Shown here piece after piece: positions 13,001 to 24,755 of a stretch of DNA of 64,000 nucleotides. The stretch lies in the NCBI RefSeq assembly GCF_052425735.1, contig NC_135763.1, forward strand, positions 29,326,001 through 29,390,000. Direction: 5' to 3'. The notes beneath the pieces were generated by a model that worked only from the letters and a program-made list of their open reading frames with translations, ran no database searches and was not told the origin of the DNA. This DNA comes from Oculina patagonica (taxonomy: Eukaryota). A program made the position numbers and the translations under genes. The stretch's first letter is position 1, and every line of letters starts with the position of its first letter.

Positions 13001-13961
13001 GCGATCGATCTGGGCGATCCGTTGCTCTAAAAAGAGTTTAATCATCATACGCATGGCAGATTCTGCAAAAGAATGACCGCGAGACATTGGACTTAAGTTG
13101 ACTTTGTCCCTATTTTAACAAACTAGAAACTTCCCTTGGCTAATAACAAACATTTTGTATTTTTTTCTTTCATTTCTCTAGTTACCAACCATTATTTTGA
13201 CCTCGTTACCTCTTTGCGCCATGGGACGCATAAGGCCTCGTAATTTCTTACCAGTTTTATACCAAATATTACACTAAACCTTCATTGGCGCTCTCAAAGC
13301 ACCGCTCTGTATACGAATTTTAAAGACAATGTATGGGAATGCGGGAAGTACACTCCAAATGCTATTTTTGAAAATAAATTTCAATTGAAGTGACTTCCTT
13401 TTTTTTATTGGGCCAGCTTTAAGCCAATAAGGTGATTTATACCTTCTTGGGTTTTACTCCCATTTTGCATACGTTGTCTTGACAATTTAGATACAGAGCT
13501 CTGGCCGCCTGTTCCTATTCTTCCGGGCCTGGGTGGGAGTGCTTGAATGTCAGTTATCAATTAAATTTAGCCATTTCTATACATTTTGGCCCATTTCTCA
13601 GCTACCAATGAATTTTGCAGCTTTCAGATCTTAGCTATCAAGTAAAAACGCGCAATTTATCAGCTGACAGTGAACAATTTTGACCAATTTTCACTTATCC
13701 CTGATAAACCCCGTGCAGACCCTCATTCTTGTAACGCATTTTATTTACAACTCTTTGACATCTCTTCTTCTTAATTTTACTTTCAGCTGGTGAAGGAAGT
13801 GGGGCAGGTTAGTATATTTGGTGACACTACTTTGAAGTTTTTTTTTGTTGTTGATGTTGTTTACGAATTTTAGTATTTCCGTGAAAACGGACACATAAAT
13901 TTTTAAAACCACGAACGATATCAATCGGTTGATATTTTCTTTGTTTGCAGCTCTGGAGTAA
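10005..13961 (+). CDS. Secreted chymotrypsin/elastase-like S1A serine protease zymogen (predicted 284 aa)
   Basis: Exons 10005-10059 ([19 protein letters not shown]), 10651-10872 (CGRRHFTSR|VVGG...TAAHC), 11639-11851 (NDIALL), 12321-12653 ([10 protein letters not shown]...VSWG...HFTVF), micro-exon 13787-13807 (TGEGSGA), 13951-13961 (ALE*). All GT-AG and phase 1; triad intact; G189/G216/T226, so not trypsin-like. AATAAA near 14037. Confidence 0.92.
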
Positions 13962-15069
13962 AGACACTGCCTTCTTGGTGCTTCAACAAAGAAAAAAATG
14001 GCATGATGCAATGATTCACTGTAGCGTTATAGAATGAATAAATACGGAAGATGCATTGACGTCAGTGTTGTTTGAATTGATACTTTCCATTTAGCTTTAT
14101 TAAAATACTGTCACTGGCTTATCTTTCCGAAATGGAAAAGTCATGAAAAGCAGCAAGAGAACTTAGGTATGCTCTATTGATACGAGTGGCAACAATGATA
14201 TAAAGTGTTACAAAACCTCAAAATCACCGTCTATTTAGCCCTGTCGTTTCCCAGTCGTGCTCTGAAGTAAAAAAAACCCAACAATAAAACAATTAAAGAT
14301 AACAAAAAATGGGCCGAAGAAAAAAAAAAGGGGAGGGGCCGAAGTAAAACGGAGAGCTTTGATTACTGCGAATAGAAGTCGAGGAAACAGTGAGGGTTAC
14401 CCACTTCACTGTGCAGCGCCCGCGCAGCAAGCAGCAATAATTTCTGCGTAGCGGGTAGGGGTGCTGGTTGTGGTAGTGGTGGTGGTGGGGGAGAGGGGTA
14501 TTTAGGGGGTTATACACGAATAAGTAAGTGTCAACCAGCTTGGGGTATCTGTGGGCATGCTCCCAAGGAAAACCGGCAAATGCATTTAAAATTAAGAAAA
14601 CCGAACGTTCAGGGCTTAAAATATGGTCAGGCACCGTACGTTTTGGAAAATGTTAAAAAAAATGTTGATGTTTCTACATTTAATATGTCAATGTCGAATT
14701 ATCTAAGGCTACTTCAGGATTACATTTATTACTAAAATTCTCTTCTGAGGGGCGAGCATACCTTTCAAGGAAAAGGCGTGTTCATTGTCGAATTTAGTTG
14801 CTAAAGGTACGATTTCATTTTCATTTTTGGAACAGTGAACTTGAAAATGTCTTTTCTCTTTTTATTCATTCTGGCATCTCTGTAAATACTGGTACTTCAA
14901 CATGATGAGGAAGGTTTGTGTCTTGATGTGGTCAATGGGTAGTTTTATCGAAAGTTTCGTGGAGCAGCCACGAAATGGCATTTCGTTATTGCAACATTTT
15001 ATCTTTTTAAGCAATAAGTTTGCAACAATATTTAGCCGAATAAATTTAAAAAAATCAGAAATATCTTGC

Positions 15070-15175
15070 CGTCCCATCCAGGGGGGAGTAGAAATACCCC
15101 TCGCGCTTAATGCTACGGAAACAGGGAAAAGCTCCGTGCTGATTGGCCGCTAGGCTCGCATGCAGACTTAACCTA
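15070..15175 (+). mobile_element. 3' fragment of SINE family 1
   Basis: CCCATCCAGGGGGGAGTAGAAATAC...TGCTACGGAAAC matches the reverse complement of the 44941-45235 element. Confidence 0.65.
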
Positions 15176-15344
15176 CCACACTTATAATAAGATATTTCAA
15201 CGTTACATATGCCACATTCGTATCACATTAAAAATAAGATGTTCTATCGAGAGTGACCGTACTCCAGCATTTTAGCAGAGTCATTTTACTTACTTTGCAC
15301 AGACAAAAGTTGATGTAAACTTGAACAAACTTGGTTTTGATTTT

Positions 15345-15725
15345 ATGAAATGAATATATGAAATTCATATATTTGTACTGCGGATATACATTTTAAGCAA
15401 ATGAAAGATCATCACAGTAATGAACTCAACTAAAGCAGTCAAGAAAAGCAAGCCTGAAAAATCAGGCTTGAACGGGAATCGAACCCAAGCCCTCTGCGAT
15501 ACTAGTGCAGCGCTCTAACCAACTGAGCTATCAAGCCAACTGGGAGCTGGTCACTTGCGAGTTCGTATCCTCATGATACCCGTGGACGGAGAAGATATGA
15601 AATGAATCTATAAAATTCATATATTTGTACTGTGGATATACATTGTAAGCAAATGAAAGATCATCGCAGTTGTGTACTCAACTTGAGTTGAGTTCATTAC
15701 TGCGATGATCTTTCATTTGCTTAAA
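15345..15725. repeat. Composite repeat: ~253-bp-period direct repeat enclosing a tRNA-like cloverleaf, ending in a long hairpin
   Basis: ATGAAATGAAT.TAT.AAATTCATATATTTGTACTG...AAGCAAATGAAAGATCATC occurs at about 15344 and 15597; 15647-15724 folds back (TAAGCAAATGAAAGATCATCGCAGT...ACTGCGATGATCTTTCATTTGCTTA). Confidence 0.75.
15465..15537 (-). tRNA. tRNA-Thr(AGT)-like sequence, probably repeat-borne pseudo-tRNA
   Basis: GGCTTGA TA GCTC AGTTGGTTA GAGC G CTGCA CT-AGT-AT CGCAG AGGGC TTGGG TTCGATT CCCGT TCAAGCC: perfect 7-bp acceptor stem, A and B boxes, one mismatch each in the anticodon and T stems; embedded in a repeat. Confidence 0.45.
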
Positions 15726-15839
15726 TTTGGTTTTGGTTTTGTCAAAGAAAAAAAATATGAATCACAACATCTTTTTCTTGTTTTAATCCACTTTAAAGTT
15801 TACGGCATTCGATGTTTTGTGTTCTTCTTAGATGCATTT

Positions 15840-16020
15840 ATATAAGTACTGGCATGATTCCGAGTGCAATTTGGGATAAATCAGCACGAGTAAGTTTTTC
15901 AAAGTCAATCGAAATTGCAGGAGCCCGTAGGGAAAAATCAATTTGTAGTCTTTAAAAAAAATTTTAGGTCCCGATTTATCCCAAATTTTACGAGAAAAAC
16001 CATGTGATAACTTGTTAAAT
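15840..16020. repeat. Hairpin-type interspersed repeat (MITE-like)
   Basis: AATTTGGGATAAATC (about 15868) is inverted as GATTTATCCCAAATT (about 15973). Confidence 0.5.
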
Positions 16021-16760
16021 CCAGATGTCACTATGGAATTTTAGCGCCCTCTTTCATTCATTATCACGTGCTTTTATCATCATTCGGTTATATATATATA
16101 AATGGGCTTAAATGCACCACTTCAATTCATGCTTGTTATCTTCCTTCTTTACAAGCTGTAGCGAAAGAAAATCCTCGATTTGTAACTTTCGGTAGTTTCG
16201 TAAAGCCTCTCTTGTGCTGCACAAACGTCAAAGTGCTAGTACTATAGTTTATAAAATTATAATTTTCGTTAAATCGGTCAAACGTGGCATGAATAGATAC
16301 GTTGTTGCGCACTTTTTGCTCTCTCAAACCCTCCGACGGCGGCCGTTATTTTGTTTTGGTGTTTTTCCCTGCGACTCCCCACCGCCAGCCAAATAGTTTT
16401 GTACTTCATTTTCCATTTGGCTGGCATCTCATTCAATGGGGACAAGAAAGTCTTAGCTGCTTTATGCTATAGTATTAAGAAAAAAGCTTTGGCAATGGGA
16501 CCCTTTGGCTTAATGCAATCTTAAGCTCCATGTTTTTGTCAAGGTGAAATCTTGTACAATCCTTAAGATCAATGAAGCCAGGTGGATCATTAAAGTGGAC
16601 TTAGCTCCACCCAAGGGGCATGTGAGAAATTTCCATCGACCGTGCTGTGTATATTGGGGAGACTGGCAGCAGGATGCAGACCGTTTCAGGGAACACCGTA
16701 GGGATGTGATCAACGGCAGGAATGTCCTTCCTGTACCTGCACATTTTAACCATCTGGATC

Positions 16761-19700
16761 CTGCCTCGTCCCCAGGCGCCGATTGGCCGGACGTTGAGGC
16801 GGTAAGGCGGGAAAACAGGGAGCGCGGGGATTGATGGTTAGGGAGCGAGCCGCGGAGCGCCTGGCAGATCTTGCATTCAATATGGCGGACCAAAATGTCA
16901 TCAACCCTGAAATGTGTATTAAAAACAGCAAAAGAGCCGTCTATTTAGCATTTTTACAGCACAGAGCGCCTTGGACACATCTTTTATGAAAAATATTCTT
17001 ATTAAGACGACGGACTTCACCACCATTTTCGCACGCTTCATGTCCCAGCTCAGCTTGAGAAGAGCCAGGAGGAGCATACGAGGCACTCTGTGAAGTTAAA
17101 AAAGCTTTAAATCCTTTACGGCAAAGAGACGTTGAAATGTCTAATGACATTTTCCGAACTCCAAGAGAGACAGGTACTCATTTCCGTTTATCGAAGTTGT
17201 CTTGTAAATCCGAGTGTAAATGACAAGAAAATTAGTTATCCTTTCCATTGTTTTGTGTAGAATTTTTTTCGTAGAGCCCGAGAGTTAGTTGCCTTTTAGT
17301 TATTCCATGGACGCTCATTTAAGCCAGACGCGACAAAAATAATGCAACAACAGTATGAATCCATCGATACAAATAACAATTCATCTGTCTTTGGGATGTC
17401 ATTTCTACTATCTCTGGTTTACTTCAATTAAATGTTAATTATCTGCTTATCAGTAATCAAGCACAACCTTTGATAGTTGTTTTATTAATTGAAAATAAAA
17501 ATTACATTAAAAATGTTTGATATCATAACTGTAATTTTTTTCAATGCAATTTTTTTTATTGATTGCCAGTAGGTGACTTTTTTCCCATTAAACTACAATT
17601 TATTAAGGATAAATACACATTTTTTTTGTTAAGCATTGTGGCAGTGAGTCTGCCATTTATGCTGTGAATGCAACTGAGGCAACTAAATTGTTTGGAATGT
17701 ACCCTATGCCATGCCATGCAGGCTTTTAATTTGGGGGCAGGTGCAGAGAGCATTTCTGATGAATGTGACACTGTTTCCATGAAGTTTTTAGAATGGTTCA
17801 TGTGCGGTATATGATTTAAGATCATCTTGAAATCTTGCTTTGTAAAAATGGAAAGATAATTTTTCTCATAAATATTTATGTATTAATATGCAAGGCTAGC
17901 ATCTTTGGACATCCAAGGCCCACCATCATTCTATTCTAAATAACTCTAGTAACAAACCCCTCTTAATTTTTTATCACTCTCCTGTAATTCTTTACAAATT
18001 TAAAATAGTACATGTATTTGTAAAATTCTTTACTTTTTTAGCAACTGAAAAGAAATGTTTACTTTGTGCTTGCAAATTTGGTGTCTAAAGGCCTTTGTTA
18101 TGCTCCCACTGACTTGATATTAACTAATTACAAAAGGAGCTGGGGTGAACTGTACATGGAGGGTTGAAGAGGGTAGTAAATCACTTTAGAAAATCAATCA
18201 AGTTAATTTTCAGGAGAAGGCTAACTATTATGTCCAGATCATAATCAGATGAAGGGCACCACCAAGGAAATTGTCGTACAAACAGTAATCCTCAGATTAT
18301 CTCATGCACAACTTATTTAAATTCACAGTAGGTTAAGGCCATGCAGGTAAAACCCTCCTGGCTAGATAACTTTTGCAAATTGAAGGGAAATGTCTGAATG
18401 GTTTTGCAAAATCAGTACTACTAAAAATATTTTTAAAAATGTAAAAAGGTATCTTTTTCTCTTACAACAGCTGTTGTCATGTGTATAAAGCAGCAGGGTA
18501 GGCAAAGCACACATTCAACATTTAAAGTGTTTTAATTGTTTTCCAAGACTGCTAGAGGCAGTGGGCTATTAGCAGACTGGGGAAAAAGTGGCAACTCCAG
18601 GTTTGCCGGTTTATTTATTTTAATCAAATTGAATATGGTTAGCCAGGAGTTGCCATGTTCACATCAAATGCATTTAAGAGTCAGTAACAAACTCTTTGAT
18701 GTAAAATTGCCTGGCATCTCAATTTATTTTCCTACACTATCTCAGCCATAAACTCTTGGGCCGGCAAAAATGATTTAAGTTTTGCTGTCTGTCATAGTCC
18801 AGTGTTTTGTTACCCTTAGGAATAAAGTTTTGCCACACATTCTCTAAAAACACCTACTTAAAAAACACTCCCTGTGACACTACAACTAGAAAAAACTATA
18901 TTTTTTTTGTTACAAGTTTGTCAAAGTCTTATCCTGCTTAAATCCTCCAAAAGAGTGACCAAAACCTTATTTCTCCTTACAGTATCAATGCATTATCAAG
19001 CAGTACAGTGACGAGAAACACACAAATTAATCAGCGGAGAGTAATTTCGATATTAACACTTGAATCAGTAAAAAGAAATTTTGAGTAGGATCTGCCTCCT
19101 CTGGTCACTAACACATTAAGTGCTGAAATAAACAGAACTACGCAAAGTTGAAATTTCAATAATTGTACTTTCTGTCAAGAAAGGTAAATTATGAGGTTAA
19201 CCTAGCTAGAATTAAATATCAGCACACATTATAATTGTTTATGTGTCATGTTCTCATAAGATCTCCTACGTTGGACAACATTAATTTGATAAAACACTTG
19301 TTAGCACTTGAACGGCTCTCTCTGGAGCGCTGCTTATAGACTTTATAGCTGAAGTTTAACGGCCAAGAGGTACAAATAAAAGTATACCGAAATGTAAGGA
19401 AGCTAAGCACTGCTCAGAAACGAAACAAACCAGCTCTGGCATCGATTGAAGCGAAACTTACCCTCAGTTCGAAGCTTATAAAGAAATTTAATTTTCTAAC
19501 GACGGCAGATATTCTTTACCCTCCGCCATTGACGATCTTCTCGCAATCAAAGTGGGATTTTCTCTGTTCAATCTTCTGCTCAGATTTCATATCATTTCTC
19601 CGGATAAATCGCTGATTTTGAGCTAGATTTCCCGCCAACATTAGATTAAAGCAAGGGGACCCCCGCTTTGCTGAAACCAGCCTCAGTGAACGCTGAAAAG

Positions 19701-19999
19701 AATCGGCTCGATAGAGAAACGAAAACGATCCGAAAGGCCGTCAAAATCCCCATGTTGACAGTACTAACTTCCACGTAGCTCCCAGTGTTGATTTCTTGAC
19801 CGTTAAACTTGTTAAAAGCGCTAAAACGCCTTTTGACGAGAAACCGAACATTTTTGCCAAGAAACTGAACAGGATCTGCCAGGCGTCCGCTTCCCCGTCC
19901 GCATCAGGCCCAGAACGCCAAGCGAACCGTGCACGTCAGTCCCACAACACCAAGCGAACCGTGCACGACCAAGGACGAGGACGCCTGGGGACGAGGCAG
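16761..19999. mobile_element. 3239-bp non-autonomous DNA transposon, 18-bp perfect TIRs, 9-bp TSD
   Basis: CTGCCTCGTCCCCAGGCG at 16761 and CGCCTGGGGACGAGGCAG ending at 19999; ATCTGGATC at 16752-16760 and 20000-20008. No intact transposase ORF seen. Confidence 0.9.
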
Positions 20000-20174
20000 A
20001 TCTGGATCACTCCCTGCAGGATATGGAGGTCGCTGTCCCGTGAAGGCAGGCCTGGTTAACCAACACCACCGAAAGAAACAGGGAGAGCCACGACTTCAGC
20101 TTCACGTGAATTGACTTCTTTGTCTTATCGCGGCAACGTTCGCTTATGCAACGAACTTTTTAACGGTAAAACAG

Positions 20175-20218
20175 TTTTGTCCCCTGAAGAAGGCAGCATT
20201 GCTGAAACGTCGGAAAAA
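20175..20218 (+). ncRNA. Minimal type-I hammerhead ribozyme-like motif of a Penelope-like element
   Basis: TTTGTCC..CTGAAGA A GGCA-GCAT-TGCT GAAACGTC GGAAAAA: CUGANGA and GAAA cores, short stem II, palindromic ACGT stem III, TCC/GGA stem I. Confidence 0.5.
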
Positions 20219-21689
20219 TTATTTTGACTACAACGTGGTATTTACCTATTTTGTCGTTCATGGACTTAGCTCCTGTAACATGAAGTGACTAGGAGAAGTT
20301 ACGTTGGGTTTGGAGTCAAACGTTCCCACCAACATATTGAAAGTCCACCGTCTAAATTAGACTAAAATTTCTAATTTCTACTACCATAGCAAAAACGTTT
20401 GATTTTTCTTTGATCTGATGAAGAAATCTCTGGTAGTACCGGAACGATCACTAATCCATCAAGAGGAACAGGCCCTGCAATATCACTGACACAGCTCACA
20501 CAGGGCATATTTTACCATTTATTTTACATTGCCGTATAAATTAAAAACTAAAAGTCGCGATTATGAAAAGCATGTTAAAACTTAGTTGTCAAAAATACAC
20601 TACTCGCATAATTTAGTTTATGGCGCGAACGAAATTCAATCAAAAACGAAAAGTGACTTCGCACCACCCTTCTAAAACGCACCTTAGGCAAAACCCGATA
20701 AAATTTTAAATTGAATCTCACAAAAAAAATCGACCAACGTTGCAATCGAAATCTACCCAGTATCAGCCAAGATAACCACCGAGAGTATATATGACTGTTT
20801 GTTTTCGTACTAACCAGCTAACGACCACATTAGGCAATCTTGAGAAACGTTTTAATGTATCTCTATTTTCGATTGCGATATACCCTTCGAGGGGGATTAC
20901 ATTTAAGACATTTTACGGAAAATAAAAATGTAGCTGACAAGAAAATTTTTTATATCGTTCACGATCTGTCGCAATGAATGGACGTTTTATCGGTACGAGT
21001 GACGGTGTAACATACTAGAGAACGCTACTAATACTGCTTCTTTTCATCTTAAATTTCGCTTCTCAGTCACTATTATGAAAAACGCAGGGATACATCAATT
21101 AAAATAAACTTGTTTAAATTAAAAAAAAATGCGCTTAGCATCTCTAAAGACGAAAGGAAAGTCATTGCTTTACGTGGTATGTATTTAACTCTTTGCCGCA
21201 TGTTTTTGGCGTAAAAAATAACATGAACTGGAATAATCCAGATCTATATAATTCCCGTTGTACATTTTTCACATCCTTCAAAGAAGAAATTTGCTTACCG
21301 CATGTCAAGGGTTTAAACATAAGCTTTAATCTCGTCGTCACTTGCCAGCAAGATAATGTACTGTTATCACAATGAGAAACGAGACGATCCTTCGGTCTAG
21401 CTTGAGTTAAAACATAAGATTTTAAGTACAGATCTATAACGAGAGTAAAAGAAGTTAAAATAATTGTCTTGATAGAGAAAAAAAAAAGAAAAAAAGAGCA
21501 GAAAAAGGTGGATACTCATTAACGAAATAGGAATGGGCCGGAAAGGATTGTACAGAATTCTCGCAAAATTGGTTTTGCTTCATCAAAAAAAAAAACATTT
21601 AAATAGCCTAGATAATCCCTCCATTTTTAAGCTAGGAAGTGGCACTTTTACACGGTTTGATGGCTGATGTGCTATCGAGATGTATTAAC

Positions 21690-22465
21690 TTTCATTGAAA
21701 CCTCCTCCGTCAAAGAACTATTTGACCATTTAAGTAAATACTCTTTGTGCGGTGCATACACTTTTAATGTGAATGAAGATTGAAATGGCTCTGCAAGTGC
21801 GTTTGTAACTTTTTGTAACATTTTCTGGCCGTCCTTCTAAATAACAACCCACACAAAATTGTTAAATTCTGAGTTTAATGGAAATCTTACCCAAACGCTA
21901 ATTTCGTGACAATTTTGATACCTTAAATATAACTTTGACAATTTCTTTTAACAAAACCTGCTTGGTCAGTTTCTTCTACTTTTCTTGTGTAGAAAAATAA
22001 ATATAAATTAGTGTTTGCGTGCATGTTCAGGTAACAAAGCAAAGTCAGTTGTCTTTTTTTGTTTAACCTCCTCCATCAAAGAAGTATTTGGCAATTATCA
22101 CGCTACACCTTTTTAAGTAAATGTTTTATTGCACAGCGCATACACGTTTCATGTGATTGAAGACTGAAATGGCTAGCTCTGCACGTGCGTATAAAATCAT
22201 TTTTTGTAACATTTTTTGGACTTTCTTCTAAATAACAACACACGCAAAATGGTTGAATTCTGAGTTTAACGGAAAATTTTAGCAAACTCGCATTTCGTAA
22301 TAATTTTAATATTTTTATTTTGTCAATGTTGTTTAGCAAAATTTGTTTGTTCAGCGTCACCTAGTTATATTCGTCTTTCATTTTGCATGTCTATATGAAA
22401 CTAAATATTAAAAGCTTTTGCATGCGTGTTCAGCTAACAAAGCAAAGTAAGTTGTCTTTCACAGT
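21690..22465 (+). repeat. Tandem duplication (~366-bp period) of a conserved upstream block
   Basis: AACCTCCTCC.TCAAAGAA.TATTTG at 21699 and 22065; homologous blocks at about 8379 and 37560. Confidence 0.75.
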
Positions 22466-22779
22466 AATTACTGATTTAGAGCACTCTAGCTGCGCTATTT
22501 GAAGGGTTAGAACGCTATTTTTCGAGCGTCGACGTTGACAAATGTTTAAAGGAAGTGGTTAAGCAAATTTACTAGGTATTCATGGTAGTCTTTAACTAAG
22601 CTTATATTTCTTATTTCTGAAGGTAAAGTAACATATGCATTCATTCAATTCACTGAAAAAAAGCCCATCTTGTTTAGAAAAAAAAATTTAAATCATTTCA
22701 GTCCTTATTAAACTATTAGTCAACCTCGTCAGATAATGGACACATTTGAACGGACTCTTGAATTTATTTAAAAGAGGGA

Positions 22780-24755
22780 CATGGACTATTTGCAGTTAAA
22801 ATGTTTCAAAATAGTGCATGTAACTTTAGAAGACACAATTTAAAAGTAACGTTTTAAAATCTGATACCTGAAGTTTGCCCACCAAAAAATCAGTTTTGTT
22901 CAAAACTGACATAATAACACAACAGTCAATAAATCTAATCGACTGAGAAAGGAAGATGAACCATTGCTTTTAGTGTTTCAATAATTTTCATTTAAGCACC
23001 TTACAGGTGATAAACGTGTACGTGTACGTATTAACGTGCTACATCGGAAAAGTACTTAACAAATAAGCTTACTGTTGTTCCAAATATAAAACTTTCCCTG
23101 GTCGCAGTAACTCTGGAATTTTTAGCACTCTCCACAAATAGTTTTCTTGTTATTAAGTGAGAGTCAACGTCCTTTAAAAACATAAGAAAAGAAAAACGTA
23201 GAAAATCTCCAGCTATAATGTTTCGAAATAGTACATGTAACTTTAAAAAACATAATTTAAGAGTAACCTTTTAAATTCTAATGGGTTTACAAAAAAAGGA
23301 AACTGTTTTGTTCGACACCTGACATGTGAAAGACACAAGGTAATAAATCCAACTGACTCAGAAAGGAAGATGGACCATTACTTTAAGTGTTTCGATAATT
23401 GTCATTTAAACACCTTACAGGGGATAAACGTTAATGTTAATAAACGTGCTACCCCGAAAAAATACTTTACAGTTAGAACTACTGATGTTCCAAATATATG
23501 GGTTTGCTCGGTCGTGGTAATTCTAAAGGCATTCCTAGTAGTCTCCTAAGATAATATTTTTTTCTTATCTATTAAGGTGTTAACGTCCTTGAAGAACACA
23601 AAAAAGAACATACGAAATATTGCGTGTAACTTAAGCAAACATAATATATGCAACCGTCTAAAATCTGATGGTGACATCTAAGAGATACAAGTTTATAAAT
23701 AAAAACGACTGGGAAATGAAGATGGACCAATACTTTTAGTTTAAGTGTTCCGATAATTGTCATTTAAACACCTTACAGGTGATAAAAAGGTATAATGCGT
23801 GTATAAATGTGTTACATTGGAAAAGCCCTTTACATTCAAAACAACTGATATTTCCTAAGATAGGTTCCCGGTGGTAGAATTCCGACAGCGTTCCTAGCAC
23901 TGTCTTGAAATATATTTTTTTTTTCTTAAAACTAAGGTGTTAACACCCTGAACATAGAAAAAAAGGCAGAAAATCTGCAGTTTTAATATTTTAAAATATT
24001 GCGTGCTACTTAAGCAAACATAATTAAAGAATAACCTTTTAAAATATTATGGGTTTGCCAAAAAAGAGATCATTTTTGTTCAATGCTGACATCTAAAAGA
24101 CACAAGTTAATAAATCTAAACGACTGGGAAAGGAAAATGGACTATTACATTGAGTACTCATATATTTTTCATTAAAACACTTTCCAGGTGATAAACGTGA
24201 ATACGCGTATAATTATGCTATATTGGTACAGTACATTTACAGCTAAAACTACTGATGTTCCAAATATATAGGTTTCCGCTATGGTGGTAATTCTGATAGC
24301 ATTCCCAGCACTTTCCTGGGATTTTTTCTTCTCAAATAAAGTGTTGACGTCTTTTAAGAACATTGAAAGAAGGTGGAAAATCTGCAGTTTTAATTTTTCG
24401 AAATATTGCGTGCTACTTAAGCAAACATAATTACAAAGTAACCTTTTAAAACCTTAAGTGTTTGTGTTTGTCACTCTTTGCGATGCTAACATCTAAAGGA
24501 CACAAATAAATAAATCTAACTTACGTGGAAAGGAAGATAGGACACTTCTTTTAGTGGTTCCAAAATTGCCATTTAAACACCTTACAGGTGAAAAATGTGA
24601 GTGTGAATAAATCTGCTACATCGGAAAAGTCCTTTGCAGTTGAAACTACTGTTTTTCCGAAGATGAAGCTTTTCCCGGTCGTGGTAATCCTGACAGCATT
24701 TCTAGCCCTCTCCCAAGGTAAAATGTTTCTTGTCAAAAAGGTGTTACCCTCTTTA
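22780..24755 (+). repeat. Five tandem ~360-415-bp promoter + exon-1 units; only the last exon copy is intact
   Basis: Anchor CAC(C/T)TT(A/C)CAGG at 22997, 23411, 23769, 24178 and 24578. Each unit ends in a homologue of the signal-peptide exon; units 1-4 lack the GT donor. Confidence 0.88.

Larger units (their letters stand above)
16620..20218 (+). mobile_element. Penelope-like retroelement 3' relic (GIY-YIG endonuclease fragment + hammerhead motif), split by a DNA transposon
   Basis: Frameshifted VYIGETGSR..DRFREHRRDVINGRNVLPVPAHFNHLD at about 16647-16760 resumes after the insertion as HSLQDMEVAV (20008 onward). CTGAAGA...GAAACGTC at 20184-20211. Confidence 0.7.

Noticed and set aside
22780-24755. 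CRISPR-like or prokaryotic repeat array
   Set aside because: Units are ~400-bp diverged tandem copies with no spacers or cas genes, and the context is eukaryotic.
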